From Fistulifera solaris (taxonomy: Eukaryota), in assembly GCA_030295235.1 (NCBI GenBank), contig AP026180.1, positions 248,001 to 301,113 of the forward strand: a stretch of 53,113 nucleotides of DNA, read 5' to 3'. The notes under the pieces were generated by a model. The model did no database searches. It had not been told where the DNA came from and saw nothing but the letters and a program-made list of their open reading frames with translations. The position numbers were made by a program, and so were the translations under genes. This document shows, one piece after another, positions 23,735-37,333 of the stretch (its first letter is position 1; every line of letters begins with the position of its first letter).

Positions 23735-25080
23735 ATGAAAATACAAACACTGAAACGCACTACTCTCGATCGCGAATGCCCGAGTGATTTACGACGCGCT
23801 TCGCGAAATCTCGATCCTACGTATCATCCTTTGCAACGAGCTCGTGAATATACACGCGCTGTTACGTCAGCGAAGCTAGAACGCATGTTTGCTCATCCGT
23901 TGATCGGAAATTTAGGCAATGGGCATCGTGATTCCGTCACTTGTTCGTCTCTCAGTCGAAGATCTTTGTTGCCTTTAGTATCCGGAAGTGCTGATGGAAC
24001 TGTTGCTATTTGGGATTTGACATCGCGCACGCAAGTAGCAGAAATACCTGCGCACACACGCGTTGTGACGGGAGTTGTTTTCGCGGTGAACGGAGAAACC
24101 TTTACAGCTGCAGTGATGATGGTTTTATTCATCAATGGACGTTACACGCCAACTCCGAACAGCAAAAACACAACTCGATTGCGACTTGGAGAATACCCGG
24201 TTCCTTCAAATCAATCGATCATCACTGGATGGATATATCTTTCGCCACAGCATCGGATTCGGCCGTTCAATTGTGGACACCGGAACGGAGTACACCGGTA
24301 CAAACGTACAGCGAATTGTGGGGTTCGGATGACACAGTCACAACGGTTCGATTTCATCCTGTCGAGCATCATTTACTTGCAGGATGCAGTGCCGATCGTG
24401 GTATCGGATTGTTCGATACACGCAGCGGCGTGGCGCTGCAGAAAACAATATTGCGGATGAGATCGAACGATCTTCAATGGAATCCTATGGAACCAATGAA
24501 CTTTGTCGTGGCCAACGAAGACTACAATGCTTACACATTTGACATGCGGAAACTCGATCAACCGACTCGGATTTACAAGGGACATACATCCGCTGTTATG
24601 TCAGCAGCATGGTCACCCACCGGTCGAGAATTCGCTACAGGCAGCTACGATCGCACCATCCGGATCTTTTCCTTGCAAGAGGGAGCGGCCCGGGATATTT
24701 ATCACACGAAACGAATGCAACGCGTCATGACAGTTCAGTATACATTGGATCACAAGTTCATCATTTCGGGAAGTGACGAGAGTAATCTTCGCTTGTGGAA
24801 AGCTCGGGCCAGTGAGAAATTGGGACAATTGACGACCCGCGAAGAGGCTGCGCAGCAGTATCGTAGCTCGTTAGTCAAGAAATATCAACATCTACCCGAG
24901 ATCAAGCGAATTCACAAGGCACGTAAACTTCCTAAAGTAATCAAGAAGCAAACTGCGCAGACCATGATCATGAAAGAGAGTGCGGATCGTAAACAAGCGA
25001 ATCGAGTCAAGTACGATAGAAAAGGAGAACATTCATTTGTCGGTGAACGGAAGAAGGTTGTCGTGAAAAAGGTAGATTAA
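23735..25080 (+). CDS. SOF1: SOF1/DCAF13 WD40 protein (SSU processome); frameshift ~24097
   Basis: RNLDPTYHPLQRAREYTRA, KLERMFA, WNPMEPMNFVVANED, YHTKRMQRV and RLWKARASEKLG. Confidence 0.93.
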
Positions 25081-25432
25081 ACATCAATCAAGATTAAACG
25101 TACGCTTTCTCGACCTTATTGCAGTAACGAAATAAGGTTTCGTCTTTCAAGTCGTTCTGCCAAGACGTGACCGTGACCTCCGAGATGTGTGAATTTGTTG
25201 TAGCCGCCTTCTTGACTTCATGACGCCCCTACCTAGAATAGAGTTGAACTTCGCGGTTGCGATTTGCGATGTCGCTAGTCTCTATGGCTCGGGAGTCGGG
25301 AGCTCGACTAAGGCAAGGGAAGGCTTGATCGTTTTAACCTCTATAAAATTCCAAAGAAGCGCAAAATCCCAACTGCAATTTAAACTTTTATCTGATGTGC
25401 TGGAGTTTTTGTAGCTTTATAAGATCAATGAA

Positions 25433-25873
25433 CTAAGAAGCGTGGAGATCTTGGTGGAGATAGGACCATGAGCACGATATATTATAGTTTGTCGTCTTCT
25501 CTTCGTCCGTGAATGCGGCTGAAGCACGATCGATCCAAGATTGAGCTAAAAATACGTATTGCTCACCGCGTAACAAGAAGAACTGCCAATTGCCCTCAGA
25601 TTTACTATCGTTCAGAGAGTAATATGTGATATGTCCTTCATACTCTACGGAGTATAGTCTATAGGGTGATACTCCGTCTTTTTCGCGTTTTGTAGCCACG
25701 CGATCGTGCAATGTGCGAAATACGGAGTCCTTTTTTTGAGAAAGTAACTTCGTTAGATTTATGCTCGCGGTCCATGTTTCTTTTGCATCATCTGTGCATC
25801 GATGTGAATGAATGCAGGAAGTTGGGCTGTAAGTAGCAATGTATTCAAACAACAAAGCAGAAATGAAGCGCAT
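25433..25873 (-). CDS. Hypothetical protein (uncertain)
   Basis: 146 aa ORF with an ATG start and no recognised motif; it starts only 25 bp from the GH5 start. Confidence 0.25.
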   Translation of the reverse strand: MRFISALLFEYIATYSPTSCIHSHRCTDDAKETWTASINLTKLLSQKKDSVFRTLHDRVATKREKDGVSPYRLYSVEYEGHITYYSLNDSKSEGNWQFFLLRGEQYVFLAQSWIDRASAAFTDEEKTTNYNISCSWSYLHQDLHAS

Positions 25874-25898
25874 AACAATGCGATAACAACTTAATAAT

Positions 25899-28042
25899 AT
25901 GAAAGAATTCTCGTTTTACTGGAATCTGCTCGTCAGCGCCTTGCTGGGCTTTGAAATGCCGATACCGGTAACGACGAATGCGGATTCATGTGAGCCGTTT
26001 CATTTAAATGCAGAAGTTGGTATTCTTCAATTGAATACTAGCCTATATTGTGCGAGTAGTAGAGACATGTATCGTGAAAGCGATATGCACATGCAACAAA
26101 AATGGGAGGCGGGTGACTTCATTACATGGAACATAGAGCTTGAGAAAGAAGGAATCTACTGGGTAAATTATCGTATTTCTTCTCCAGAGGGTACAGGATG
26201 GTTCGAATTGATAAGTTCCGGCGATGATGGTGATGAAAGTGTCATGATAGAGAACTTATTGCCCTTGACGGAAGATTGGGAGAATTACGTAAACGTAGAA
26301 CAGCCCATGCAACTATCAGCAGGAAGCCAAAGGATTACTCTCAAAGTAATCGAGGGTGGATGGGATACAGAATGGCTTGAGATTCAGCCTGAGTCTCACT
26401 ACGCAGAACAAACCGTGGCGAAATATCGATCCTTATCTTCACCAATACCAATGAAAGGATTTGTTCGAACAGACGGAAGGCAAATTTTAGATCATTATGG
26501 ATCACCATTACTTCTTCAGGGAATGGGCTTAGGAGGATGGATGCTTCAGGAGCCGTACATGGTGTTGTTTAACAATGTCAGCACGCAATGGGAAATGTTT
26601 GAGCAGTTGAGCTCTTCCATCGGTGAAGAGGGTGTGAAAACTTATCGACAAGCCTGGTTGGATAACTGGATGACCTACGATGATGTAGTGGAACTGAAGC
26701 GGTCGGGTTTTAATTCGATTCGCGTTCCATTGCACTATAATCTTTCACACTATCAATAGAAGAAGAGCGCGTTCAAGGGTCGGATACGTGGTTGCGAGAA
26801 GGCTTCAGCCGAATTGATAAACTTTGCAATGGTGTGAAAGAGAGAACCTGTATGTTATCTTGGATTTACATTGTGCTCCAGGCGGACAGGGGCGTGATGC
26901 CAAGATTAGTGATTACGACCCATCCAAGCCCAGTTTGTGGGAAAGTCCGGAAAATCTTCGAAAAGCTGTTGCTCTCTGGGGAGCTATTGCCAAGCGTTAC
27001 GCGGATAATTTTTGGATTGCGGGCTATGATGTGTTGAACGAGCCCAATTGGGCTTTTGAGGAAGGTGGCGATCCCGATGGCTGCACGGATCAGTTTAATC
27101 AGCCACTGAAGGCCTTTTATCAAGAAGCTATAGCCGCCATTCGAGAGTTCGATAAAAATCACATCGTTTACATTCAAGGAAATTTTTGGGGAAGCAACCA
27201 CAATGGTCTTTGGCCGATTGGCGATGATAATGTAGCGCTCAGCTTTCACCATTACTGGGTGGAGAATACCGTGGAAACTATCGCCAGTTATCTACAATTG
27301 CGCGACACCTACAATATTCCCTTGTGGATGGGCGAAGCCGGAGAAAACCACAATCACTGGAAAACCGAAGCGGTGAATCTCCTGCAAAGTCATGACATCG
27401 GATGGACTTTTGGACATGGAAGAAGGTGGAGTCGACATCTTCTTCCTACTCCATCGATGAACCAGATGGCTACTTTGTTCTGCGATCGTACTGGTCCGAG
27501 CTCGATCGATTTTATCCTTCTTTCGTGGAAAAGACTATGATGCAACTTGCTGAAAATACACTGCTAGCGAATTGTCGACGGAACGTTGCTGCGATCGAAG
27601 CCCTCACTGGTCGTGACCGAAGCTGCAACGTGGCTGGTTATACCAAAATCGGAAATTTCGCTTCCACGAAAATTGAGTCCGAAGACTTTGCAGCATGCTA
27701 GGCGCTATAGTGGAAGGCACCACTGATCGAGGAGAAATCGGGGATTCCATTGGCTGGTTTGATAATGGTGACTGGCTTCAATATAACGTTGAAGTAGCCG
27801 AAGCTGGCTTTTACGAAGCGCGTTTTCGCGTGTCAAGCGTTGATGGTCACGGTGCCTTTCAAATGGTACTTGACGATGGAACGACTTTGGGCATCGTCGA
27901 GTCTATACCACTTACGGGAAGCTGGCGTAGCTGGACAACCATTTTGACCGAGTTATCGTTGCCAGCTGGAAAATACACTCTTACTATTCAAGCTCTTGAT
28001 GACGGCTGGACTTTGAATTGGTTTTCTTTCCAGCAACTTTAA
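25899..28042 (+). CDS. Secreted glycoside hydrolase family 5 flanked by CBM6-like modules; about 4 frameshifts (~26745, ~26825, ~27412, ~27690)
   Basis: GMGLGGWMLQEPYM, GFNSIRVPLHY, ILDLHCAPGGQG, GYDVLNEP (acid/base), SFHHY and WMGEAG (nucleophile). CBM6-like segments are GDFITWNI..YRISS and IGWFDNGDWLQYNV..TGSW..LNWF. Confidence 0.88.
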
Positions 28043-28258
28043 CCGTTTGGACTCTTTAAAAACAATTCATAAATAGAATAGATTTTCCGTTCTCATGTCT
28101 ATAATAAGGACTTGCAGAAATAAAGGTCAGAGCTGTAGTAAAGCTGTCGCGTCATAAGGCAGCAATCTAGAAAGAATAAATTTTCCTTGCACAATCCATT
28201 CTCAATCGCTTTCTGCAGACTTCCTGGCAATAACATACCAAGCTAGGCCTTGAAAGTT

Positions 28259-29618
28259 CTACTTGATTTCGAGAATCCACGACGCAAGTCCAGCTTTCAA
28301 TCGATCCGCCGCCAATTGACATTTTTCCGGGGCAGATTAGCATAACAAACACGTATCCAACCCGGTGCGCCACAAAAGCTCCCCGGAATGACAGCTACGC
28401 CGGAATCTCGGACTAGTTGTCGAGCAAACCCAACATCGTCGGCCCTTGAGTCCCCATTGCCCTCGTTAGTTGGCAATTGAGCCATTATGTACATGGCACC
28501 CTGACCTCCAATGATACGGGGACAATCTTGTAAAGCTTGAAGAATAGCTTGACGACCGGGAGAAAGAGTATCATATTGCTGTAGCACCCATCGTTTCCCT
28601 GCTTGCATGGCTCCTACCGCCGCAACCTGACTGATTCGACTGGGACAAATGGGGATCGTATCTTGAACCTTCATCATCTGCTGATATAAGTGGGATGATG
28701 GCAGTACGACGTATCCAATACGATATCCAGCCAACGCATACGATTTGGAGAAACTGAAAATGTAGAGAACATGAGGCGCCTCGTTGAAACAAGGCAACGT
28801 GTCTGGCACAAAGTATTCGTAGGTACAATCGAGAATCAAAAGGCATTGAATTCCTCACACAGATCAACAATCGGCTGCAAATCTTCTCGCGTCAAAAGAC
28901 TCCCAGAGGGTTATTCGGATTGGTGATGGTGACCATCCGAACGGAAGGCTTCGATTGAAAGGACTCTCGCAACCATTCAATATCCGGTTTGCCTTGATCA
29001 GTCGTCGGTCCGATAAGAATATTTTCATTCTTCGACAGACTTAACTGCAAGGCCATGACATGATTGAAATAATATGGAGCAAAGACTACAGCTTGATCAT
29101 TTGGATCGAGGAGAGTCAAAACACAATTCATGTAAGCTTGATTGGCTCCACTCGTGACCATAACTTGATATTGCGGACTCATCAACCCATTTTCTACCTG
29201 AATCTTCTTTGAAGAAGTTTTCTTAGCTCTGGAAGACCTTCATCTGGTCCGTACAAATGAAGTGATTGATCTTCGCTTTGTAAAGCGTCTCGAAGCGACT
29301 GATTCACTGACTCGGGAGGATTCCAGTAAACGATACCTTGCGCTAAACTGTAAATACCTCCTTTCTCTTTCCACAACAATTGGTGCTCTTGTACTAATTG
29401 TTGAATGAGAACGACGCAAGGATTCAATGTATTCACGACGCGGCTTGAGGCCGATGTTGTTGTTGAAAGCAAAATGTGCCCTCCGAATTCTCATTGTTTT
29501 TGCCGGCAGAAGACATGTTTTGTGACGGTCGTCGACGATCAAATAAAGGCAGAAAACCGTGTCCTGTGAGGATAAAGAAGAATAGCAATAGAGAATAAAG
29601 CGTAAAAGATGATAACAT
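28259..29618 (-). CDS. PLP-dependent class I/II aminotransferase; several frameshifts
   Basis: SLAQGIVYW, YGPDEGLPELR, VTSGANQA, PYYFNH, NPNNP, ILDCTYEYF, SFSKSYALAGYRIGY and PGSFCG. The start is uncertain. Confidence 0.85.
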
Positions 29619-29684
29619 TATGTTGTGACATTGTGTTTTGGGCTGGTTGGGAAGCGGTGGTTGCACAAAGGGTTTGCACATACC

Positions 29685-30990
29685 AAAAATTCTGGAATAG
29701 GTGTTTGGGTCTGGAATCGGTATACGGTCACACAGAAATTCTGTGGATAATCCAGAAATTCTGGACCATCGGTGTTTTGCGGTCATACAGAAGTTCTGCG
29801 AGACGTCCAGATATTATCGACCAGAAGCTTGAGGCGACACAGAGATTCTGTGCACGTTTCAGAAATTTTGGGATCGGAGCTTTCCGTCCAGTTCCGTCAG
29901 ACAATGATTTTTGCATTTTCCAGAAATTCTGGAATTGGTGTTTGTGTTTTGGGTCGTGCAGAAGTTCTGTGAAACTTTCAGATATATTGGATTAGGTGAT
30001 TTGCGTCGCACAAAGGTTTTGTGATTGTCCAGAAATTCTGGAATCGGTGTTTGGCATTTAGATAACAATTTCCCATATTCCAGAAATTCTGGAGTCGGTA
30101 TTCGGTCACACAGAAATTCTGTGGATAATCCAGAAATTCTGGACCATCGGTGTATTGGGTCGTACAGAAGTTCTGCGAGACGTCCAGATATTATCGACCA
30201 GAAGCTTGAGGCGACAAAGAGATTCTGTGCACGTTTCAGAAATTATGGGATCGGAGCTTTCCGCGCAGTTCCTCAGACAATGATTTTTGCATTTTCCAGA
30301 AATTCTGGAATCGGTGTTTGTGTTTTGGGTCGTGCAGAAGTTCTGTGAAACTTTCAGATATTTTGGATTAGGTGATTTGCGTCGCACAAAGGTTTTGTGC
30401 ACGTACCAGAAATTCTGGAATCGGTGTTTGGCATTTAGATAACAATTTCCCATATTCCAGAAATTCTGGATCGGTATTCGGTGACACAGAAATTCTGTGG
30501 ATAATCCAGAAATTCTGGACCATCGGTGTATTGGGTCGTACAGAAGTTCTGCGAGACGTCCAGATATTATCGACCAGAAGCTTGAGGCGACAAAGAGATT
30601 CTGTGCACGTTTCAGAAATTTCGGGATCGGAGCTTTCCGCACAGTTCCTCAGACAATGGTTTTTTGCATTTTCCAGAAATTCTGGAATTGGTGTTTGTGT
30701 TTTGGGTCGTGCAGAAGTTCTGTGAAACTTTCAGATATTTTGGATTAGGTGCTTTGCGTCGCACAAAGGTTTTGTGCACGTACCAGAAATTCTGGAATCG
30801 GTGTTTGGCATTTAGATAACAATTTCCCATATTCCAGAAATTCTGGAGTCGGTATTCGGTCACACAGAATTCTGTGGATGGTCCAGAAATTCTGGACCAT
30901 CGGTGTTTTGCGGTCATACAAAAATTCTGTAGCAGGTCCTTTTATATTTTGGACCGTCGGTGTTTGTCATGATACAGAAATTCTGTGGGT
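29685..30990. repeat. Tandem array of about 3.4 units of ~377 bp, built from CCAGAAATTCTGG-type palindromic subrepeats
   Basis: GGT(C/G)ACACAGAA(A)TTCTGTGGAT recurs near 29726, 30104, 30480 and 30857. Confidence 0.93.
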
Positions 30991-31289
30991 TGAATGAACT
31001 CTGGATTCTCAACTTACTTTCAGTCCCGGATAATATTGAGCTATTTCGTTGCAGGCTTTTTCACGTATCCCCACCCCAACCTCATGTGTCACCACAAGTG
31101 CCATACATATTCCCATTCTTTTAACATAATCTGGTTACCTCTAAATCAAGCCGTCAAACATGTCTGTCCCTACGCATTGCTCAGCAAGCGACGACGTAAA
31201 ACTAACGGAAAATCGATTACGGCATAACAATTGCTACAGAGTAAAACTGTTTGATGCTAAATCATCAGCAATTAACTGAATCACAAAGC

Positions 31290-32509
31290 TTACCCTAACA
31301 AAGCCGTAGCAGTATCGGCGCCCATTGTTTCAACAAACCCTTCAATCCAGGGCATAATCCACGAATCGGAACCTGCGTTTACGTGGGCTTTGAACTCGTA
31401 AAATCGTTCTGACCGCCGTGTATCATTTCTTGCAAAGTAACGTTCTTTCGATCCCAAGTAATGATGAACCATGAGAGGAAATCGATTCGCTTCTCTCGGT
31501 CGCAATTGATCAATCCGCCGACACAGACGCTTGGAGGGACGATGTATACTGAACGGCTTCTCTGTGAACATTTCATCACTCCAAGGTACTCGTGACACGT
31601 CAATGAGAACCTTCGGCTGCGCATTGCGTTCGGTATCATTAAACTCAGTGTGGTACTTCCAGCGTAAAGTTTCCAGCCGTTCCGTAGAAAACTCGGCACT
31701 TCCGACCTTCAACGATGATGTTGCTGTATGATTGCGGTCTTCCTCGGACCCAAACAAAAGCCGAGGCATGGATATGCAAGGATAATTTGCTGCTCGCAGC
31801 ATTGTTCGATTGAGAGAAGCCGCAAATTGTATGATACTCGCCCGACCGCGCGGAGTTTTCGGTGTATTCGACCCGGGGCGTCTCCGTAAGTACGGGTTAA
31901 TGACCATGTATTCATCTGTATCCAAATGCATAACCCAGTCCCGTCCGATCGCTTTAAATCGCTTCAGACATTGCGACACAAATGTTAATTGTCGGAATCG
32001 ATGATTTTGTATTCTTAGATTGTCGGCAATGACTTGTTCCGGTGTTTCGTGTCCTTCATGCCATTTCGATTTAGTAGCATCCCCATTGATAGCGTGTGGA
32101 GCAATGTGATAACCCTTTGCAAGAAGCTTTCGGGCATAAAGTCCTCATCATGCCATTCTTCAATCTGAATGTATTTTCGCCATGGTTGCAGTGTTTCGCT
32201 GGGAGAAGTTTCGCTACTCGGATCAATTGCAACAATGAGATGCGTCATATTAAGTGTAAAATAATGATACGCAATCCATTCACTGAGTATTTCATTGTCG
32301 TCTTTAATGAGTAAACAAGCCGCCAGTGATACTGATTTAGAAGGAGTATAATTAATAGGCGGAAGCAGGAATTCCTGTTGCTCTTCATGTTGAAAGTTGT
32401 CGAGCGTTCGTTGCAGTAAGTTCGCAGAGAATAGTTTATCACTGCGAATGGTTAACGTAAGAATATTAATTAGAAAAGAAAAGCCACAAAAGGTTGCTAG
32501 CAAGGGCAT
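31290..32509 (-). CDS. GT-A fold glycosyltransferase (GT92/GT2-like), type II membrane protein; frameshifts ~32020-32115
   Basis: LAACLLIKDDNEILSEWIAYH, WVMHLDTDEY, SIHRP and HHYLGS. Confidence 0.75.
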
Positions 32510-33023
32510 GAACGCCCCACACGAACGAAACCGGCCATGGTAAATTTTTATGACATTGATGGGCAGAAACACTGCACGCAACGAAAACAACGCGAGCAAT
32601 GCGCATTTTGCTTCAGAAAGGACGTTAAAATTCAGCCTCCAGTACAAAATGCTACGGAGCTTCTACGTCGAGGCTGAATTTTTATAATAAAACGCGGTGT
32701 AGCTTAGTTGGAGTATACACCATTCTTATTTCAAATTACCGATGCTGCCTATATAGAAAACCTCCAGCCTACTGTAACGCTGATAGTCATCTGTAGTCAA
32801 ACTTTTATTTAGGGGACTATTGTTGTAGTGACTCCACGGTGTGACACAGTGTGACATACGGAGTATAAACACTCGCGAGCTTCGAGCTAACCTTATTAAC
32901 CTTAGGACAAAAGGAAGGAGGAAGAGTCGTCACAGTTCGAGATTAAGATAGAAAATTTAACTTTGAACGCGCTCAAAGTGCATGCAACTTGCTTTAAGCA
33001 TTCAATGACGGCAACTATCGACA

Positions 33024-35018
33024 TCACTCCTCATCAAGGACATCATCTTCATCCCATGTATCTTCGAATTTGGACGCAGCTTCGGCACGGAATGTTTGCA
33101 AACCAGATAGTCGCTCCAAGTAGTCTCCATCTTTGCAAGCTTGGAGTACCGTTGCACTTTTATCGTTCAGATAGGTTTCAATCACGGACTTCGAGCAGGC
33201 TGTGCAATAGGTGAAGGCCGGTACAGTAGGTGTCATCATCGTATACGAGACAAGAGATCCACGGATTTGATGAGGTATCAGGCCTAAAGGACTTTCAGAA
33301 TCAACGGTGGGAGAAAACGGATTCAGTCCGCTTTTGGGTGCCGATGCATTGATGCCATCGGGGTGGTGAAGGAGTGACACCATGAGCTCTACGGCCATAG
33401 AACTGGCTATGGGTGCCAATCCAGGTCGAGTTACTGTACATTGCTGGTCTAAAGTTCGATTTTTCATGGAATTCTCCGGCGCTACGATATCATTGCAGAA
33501 ATAACAGCCGAAGCCTCCACCATGTCGCATCACGAGCCAGCTATCTAGACCGAGCGCCGCGTTGATCATGACCTTATTGTAAGCAGCCGCCATCACAGTT
33601 GGCAACCAGCGCGATTCCCGCGTATCGGTAAGCAGGTAAACAACATCACATTCTTGGATCAGCTGATCCAGTCGATCGACTGCGTCTTCTTCTACTGCAG
33701 CGTGACCTGGCATCGGAATGGATAACTGATGTCCGCGACTCACAACATCAGCAGCGATCTGCCGCAAGGCATCCGCCGCGGCTTCTGCTTTGGGCCGGCC
33801 ACCGTCATGACAGTCTTCCAATGTAAATAACGACTGTCGAACTGGGTTCGAATAGCTCACTTTTCCGTAATCCACAAAATCGAAATGTCGAACACCCCAT
33901 CCTAGCAAAACGCGTGCTACGTTACATCCCAGAGTGCCAGCACCCAAAAGAAGCACGCGAGTGCTCTGAAGCTTCTCTACTTGCAACTCAGGAATCATGC
34001 GCCATTTCATTAGTTTGAGATTCAAATCAGCTGCCTGGATGGCCAAATGCGTGGGGTCTAACAGCGGCTGTAGGTTCATCCATCGGGGTCCGGGCTTGCC
34101 GCGGACGTTTAGCTCCCAACCGGTGGATCTATACTCAGGCGGAGAATTTACCTGTGTACTGTTAAATCTCCAATCGTAATCGTCTTTGTTGGGACCTGTA
34201 TCTGTACAACAATGCTGTGATCCAACGTCGCATCATATTCCTGTGGCTTCGTTAGCACGTCCCACCGACGCAACTGCTGCCCCGAAAACTCAAAATTGAT
34301 ACAGATTGACCACCCAAATTCAAATGAAAGCATAGGTAGGCTACCAGATTTCGCATAGTCCAGCCCATAGAGGCTGGGCCTTTGAAAAGATCCTCGACTT
34401 TCTCTGAAAAATCAAAGAACGCAAACAAAGATCGTTTTCTCCGCGTACGGATACAAATTCTGCCAAGGAAACACATTTCGTTTTTTGTAGCGATAAAGCA
34501 TGGATCTAGTCGCCCTTGATTCTTACGCATAAGATGTAAATTCTCCCAGAATAAAGCTTTTTTCTTCGCCTGACCAGCCCCACCACTCTTGCTTCGATGC
34601 TGTGATACTTTTGCCCTGTGCGGGCATCAATGCTGGAACTCCGTACCAATAAAGGACTTTGTGCTGCTTCAAGTCAGCAAAGGTGATCAGAAGAACTGTT
34701 TGAAGTCGCTTCTCGTCGGAAAAGAAATGAGGTAAAAATGTTTATTGAGCAAATCGTTCTTATCGACTTGTTGAAACGTTTCCATCGTATTAAATCCGAG
34801 TAAAATCCCGTCAACGCAAATTCGCTCATTGGGAATAATGGAATCTGATAAAGAGAAGATTCAGAACATTCGAGCAATCGACTATTGTAGGCAGCACGAA
34901 AAGAAATAGGATCTTCGCTGAGTTGAATGGTCTCTAATTTCTGTCGACAATATCGAACCCAAAAGGGAGAATCTGCGGCGGACGAAAAAGGCACAAATTT
35001 GACATTCCAACTTGTCAT
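33024..35018 (-). CDS. ATG7: Autophagy E1-like enzyme ATG7; several frameshifts in the N-terminal half
   Basis: DLNLKLMKWR, LLLGAGTLGCNVAR, VSYSNPVRQSLF, TDTRESRWLP, GCYFCNDIVAP, RTLDQQCTVTRPG and PHQIRG. Confidence 0.93.
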
Positions 35019-35506
35019 GTTAAAGGATGTTTGTGATAAAGTTGAAAGCAGTCCAAGAACAATTTATGAGAATGAATAGGAAACACAATTAACAGGCACA
35101 ATAATAACGCGGCACGCGGCAATAAAGAAATAAACTCGCTCAGGCCTCAGTATCGTCTATCGGTTGACGGTTGACGGACACATCATAAGAAGGTGTTCAT
35201 GACTGAAATCAGTCGGGGAAAGGGTCGCCTACACTTCGCACTACAGTCCAAGAGCATAACCTTACTATGAGTACTCGAGCTTCTCTTCTCTCACCGTAAA
35301 AGGAGAACGGATGTATTATTCCCTATGCACCTATGCATCTATTCTGTCAAAGCATCACCCTTTCCTTCAAATTTGTGGTCAGAACTGGCGTAGAAATCAG
35401 TGAATTTACTTTTGGGTCGAGGAATACATTAATAGCAATTCTGCGTTCTGCGTTTAGCTACTCACTTACGAGAGCGCGTGGAACACCACTTGAGCCAAAT
35501 CCTAAC

Positions 35507-37014
35507 CTAATACGATCCTTCCAGCCCCGCCATGCTTTTGATGATCAGCTTGTACCCATCATCCAATGGAATGCTTCGGTCCACAATGGAAGCACAAATC
35601 TTGGGCATATCAGCATCGATATCCAAGAACTTGCTCAAATAAATGAGCAAATTAAAGTCGGCTAAAAGATCGACAAATGTCCACCCAGCTGTACCAGACT
35701 TGCTCAATTGTTTTTGAGGGCATCGTGTGTTTGCTGAACATCCAGGCGATTGGGTCGAGGAAAATCTGCTACAAATTGCTCTGACGTGTGTTGCACAATA
35801 GCAACGACGCAAAGGAAGAAGCTGTTTTCTACCGTTTTGCTTTCTTTTCCTTCTTGAATGGCTGTAAAAGTCTCATTCACATAGCATACCTTCGGATCCG
35901 GACCCAGAACTAGAGCGTTTTCTGCGACCATAGACATGCATTGTTGGGACATTTGAAAAGCTTCAACCGATACGGTTCCGTCAGCACCAGGTGCCACTTT
36001 AACTGTGACAAATGGAGTCTCGTTGACTCCATCTGCTGCCTCTAACTGTAATTCGGCGGCCATGATAATTTCAGCCGCTGTCATGACATGGTCGTCGCGG
36101 ACATCATGACCAAAAATCCAACCGACTCGTGTCCATCCCAGCATTTCAGCAATCTGATTAACACGTTCTTCATCAGGATCATCCAACACTTGAAAGCCCT
36201 CAGCTGCTTCATTGTCGGGTTCTTGTGGAGGTTCATAAATAGCTTCCACTAAGGCTTTCGTCGGCGGATCATTCTCCTCGGCACCATCACTTTTCACAAA
36301 TTTTCCGTACAAATAACCGAATCGATGACGCTTGAATCGAAAGTTTTGTAAATACGCCTGGAAGCTCGAAATCGACGGAATATCCAGAGATACTTGTTTG
36401 CAAATAGGATTTTCTTGACGTTGAATTTTGAACTCGAATTGTGAATCTAAAGCCATGAAATCGGCCACTGTCTCGAGAGAAAGGGATAAACCAGTGGTAG
36501 TGAGAAAACAAGGACGTAGAATATAGAATATAGAGTGCAGGGTAACATTATGAATGCGAATACTTACATGTCCAATGCATCTTCATATCACGCAAAGCCA
36601 TCATGCCTTTTCGAAATCCTTTATCTTTTCAGCAGGAGTTCATTCGATGGCACTAAGATAATCGATCCGTCCTTTCCAATCACCCGTCTCATGTTGGTGG
36701 GCTTTGTACTTGCTGCATTATCGGTAGAGTCCTTTAAACTTTCGTCGCTTTCAACAACCGATTGAGCATTAATTGTATGATCTGCACAAGTTGCTGGGTC
36801 CACGCGGCAATACACCATACTTCCGTGAGTCAAAACTCCAGATTCGCCCCGGCTTCCAAAGGTTGTTGACATGCTGCATCTCGTGACAGGGCTGCTCGTA
36901 CACGACATGAGGACGTGTAGCAGCAATGCTTTGCAAAATACTTTGAACGGTGCAATCGTCTGAGGGGACTTCAACGCGCCACACTCCAACGTTCGATCGT
37001 ACGCGGAGCAACAT
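35507..37014 (-). CDS. NPL4: NPL4 family (Cdc48/p97 cofactor); intron ~36470-36567; frameshifts
   Basis: MLLRVRS ubiquitin-like N-terminus, LTHGSMVY, RFGYLYG, VEAIYEPPQE, VGWIF, EAFQMSQQC and LADFNLLIYL. Confidence 0.88.
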
Positions 37015-37333
37015 CGTTTGAAACAACACCTTAAACTTTATTCGATTGTATAATAATTAAAAGTGATAACAAAATCCTCTTGAATAACACAATTGTCTTT
37101 GCTTGCTCATCTATTTCTCTCATCGTTGTGCGTCTCGTGTCTCGCGTTGCAATCGAAAAAAAAGAGAACCGCGACGATCTTTTACTTCGCACGCTTTCTG
37201 TCATATTCGCGTCGTAACGGTATTCGCTGTATAGGGGATGAAAAACAGTATTGGGTCCCTCTTGGTATCATTGTTTAATATCACATCCCCTTTTCCTTCC
37301 TACCGACCCAAAATTGCTCTGCATCTATTCAAT

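Noticed and set aside
29685..30990. CRISPR-like appearance and many ORFs in the palindromic array
   Set aside because: The spacers repeat with a 377 bp period, there are no cas genes, and the context is eukaryotic. The ORFs are repeat translations.
32694..32722. tRNA-like 5' sequence GCGGTGTAGCTTAGTTGG
   Set aside because: No T-loop (GTTCRA) or matching acceptor stem follows.
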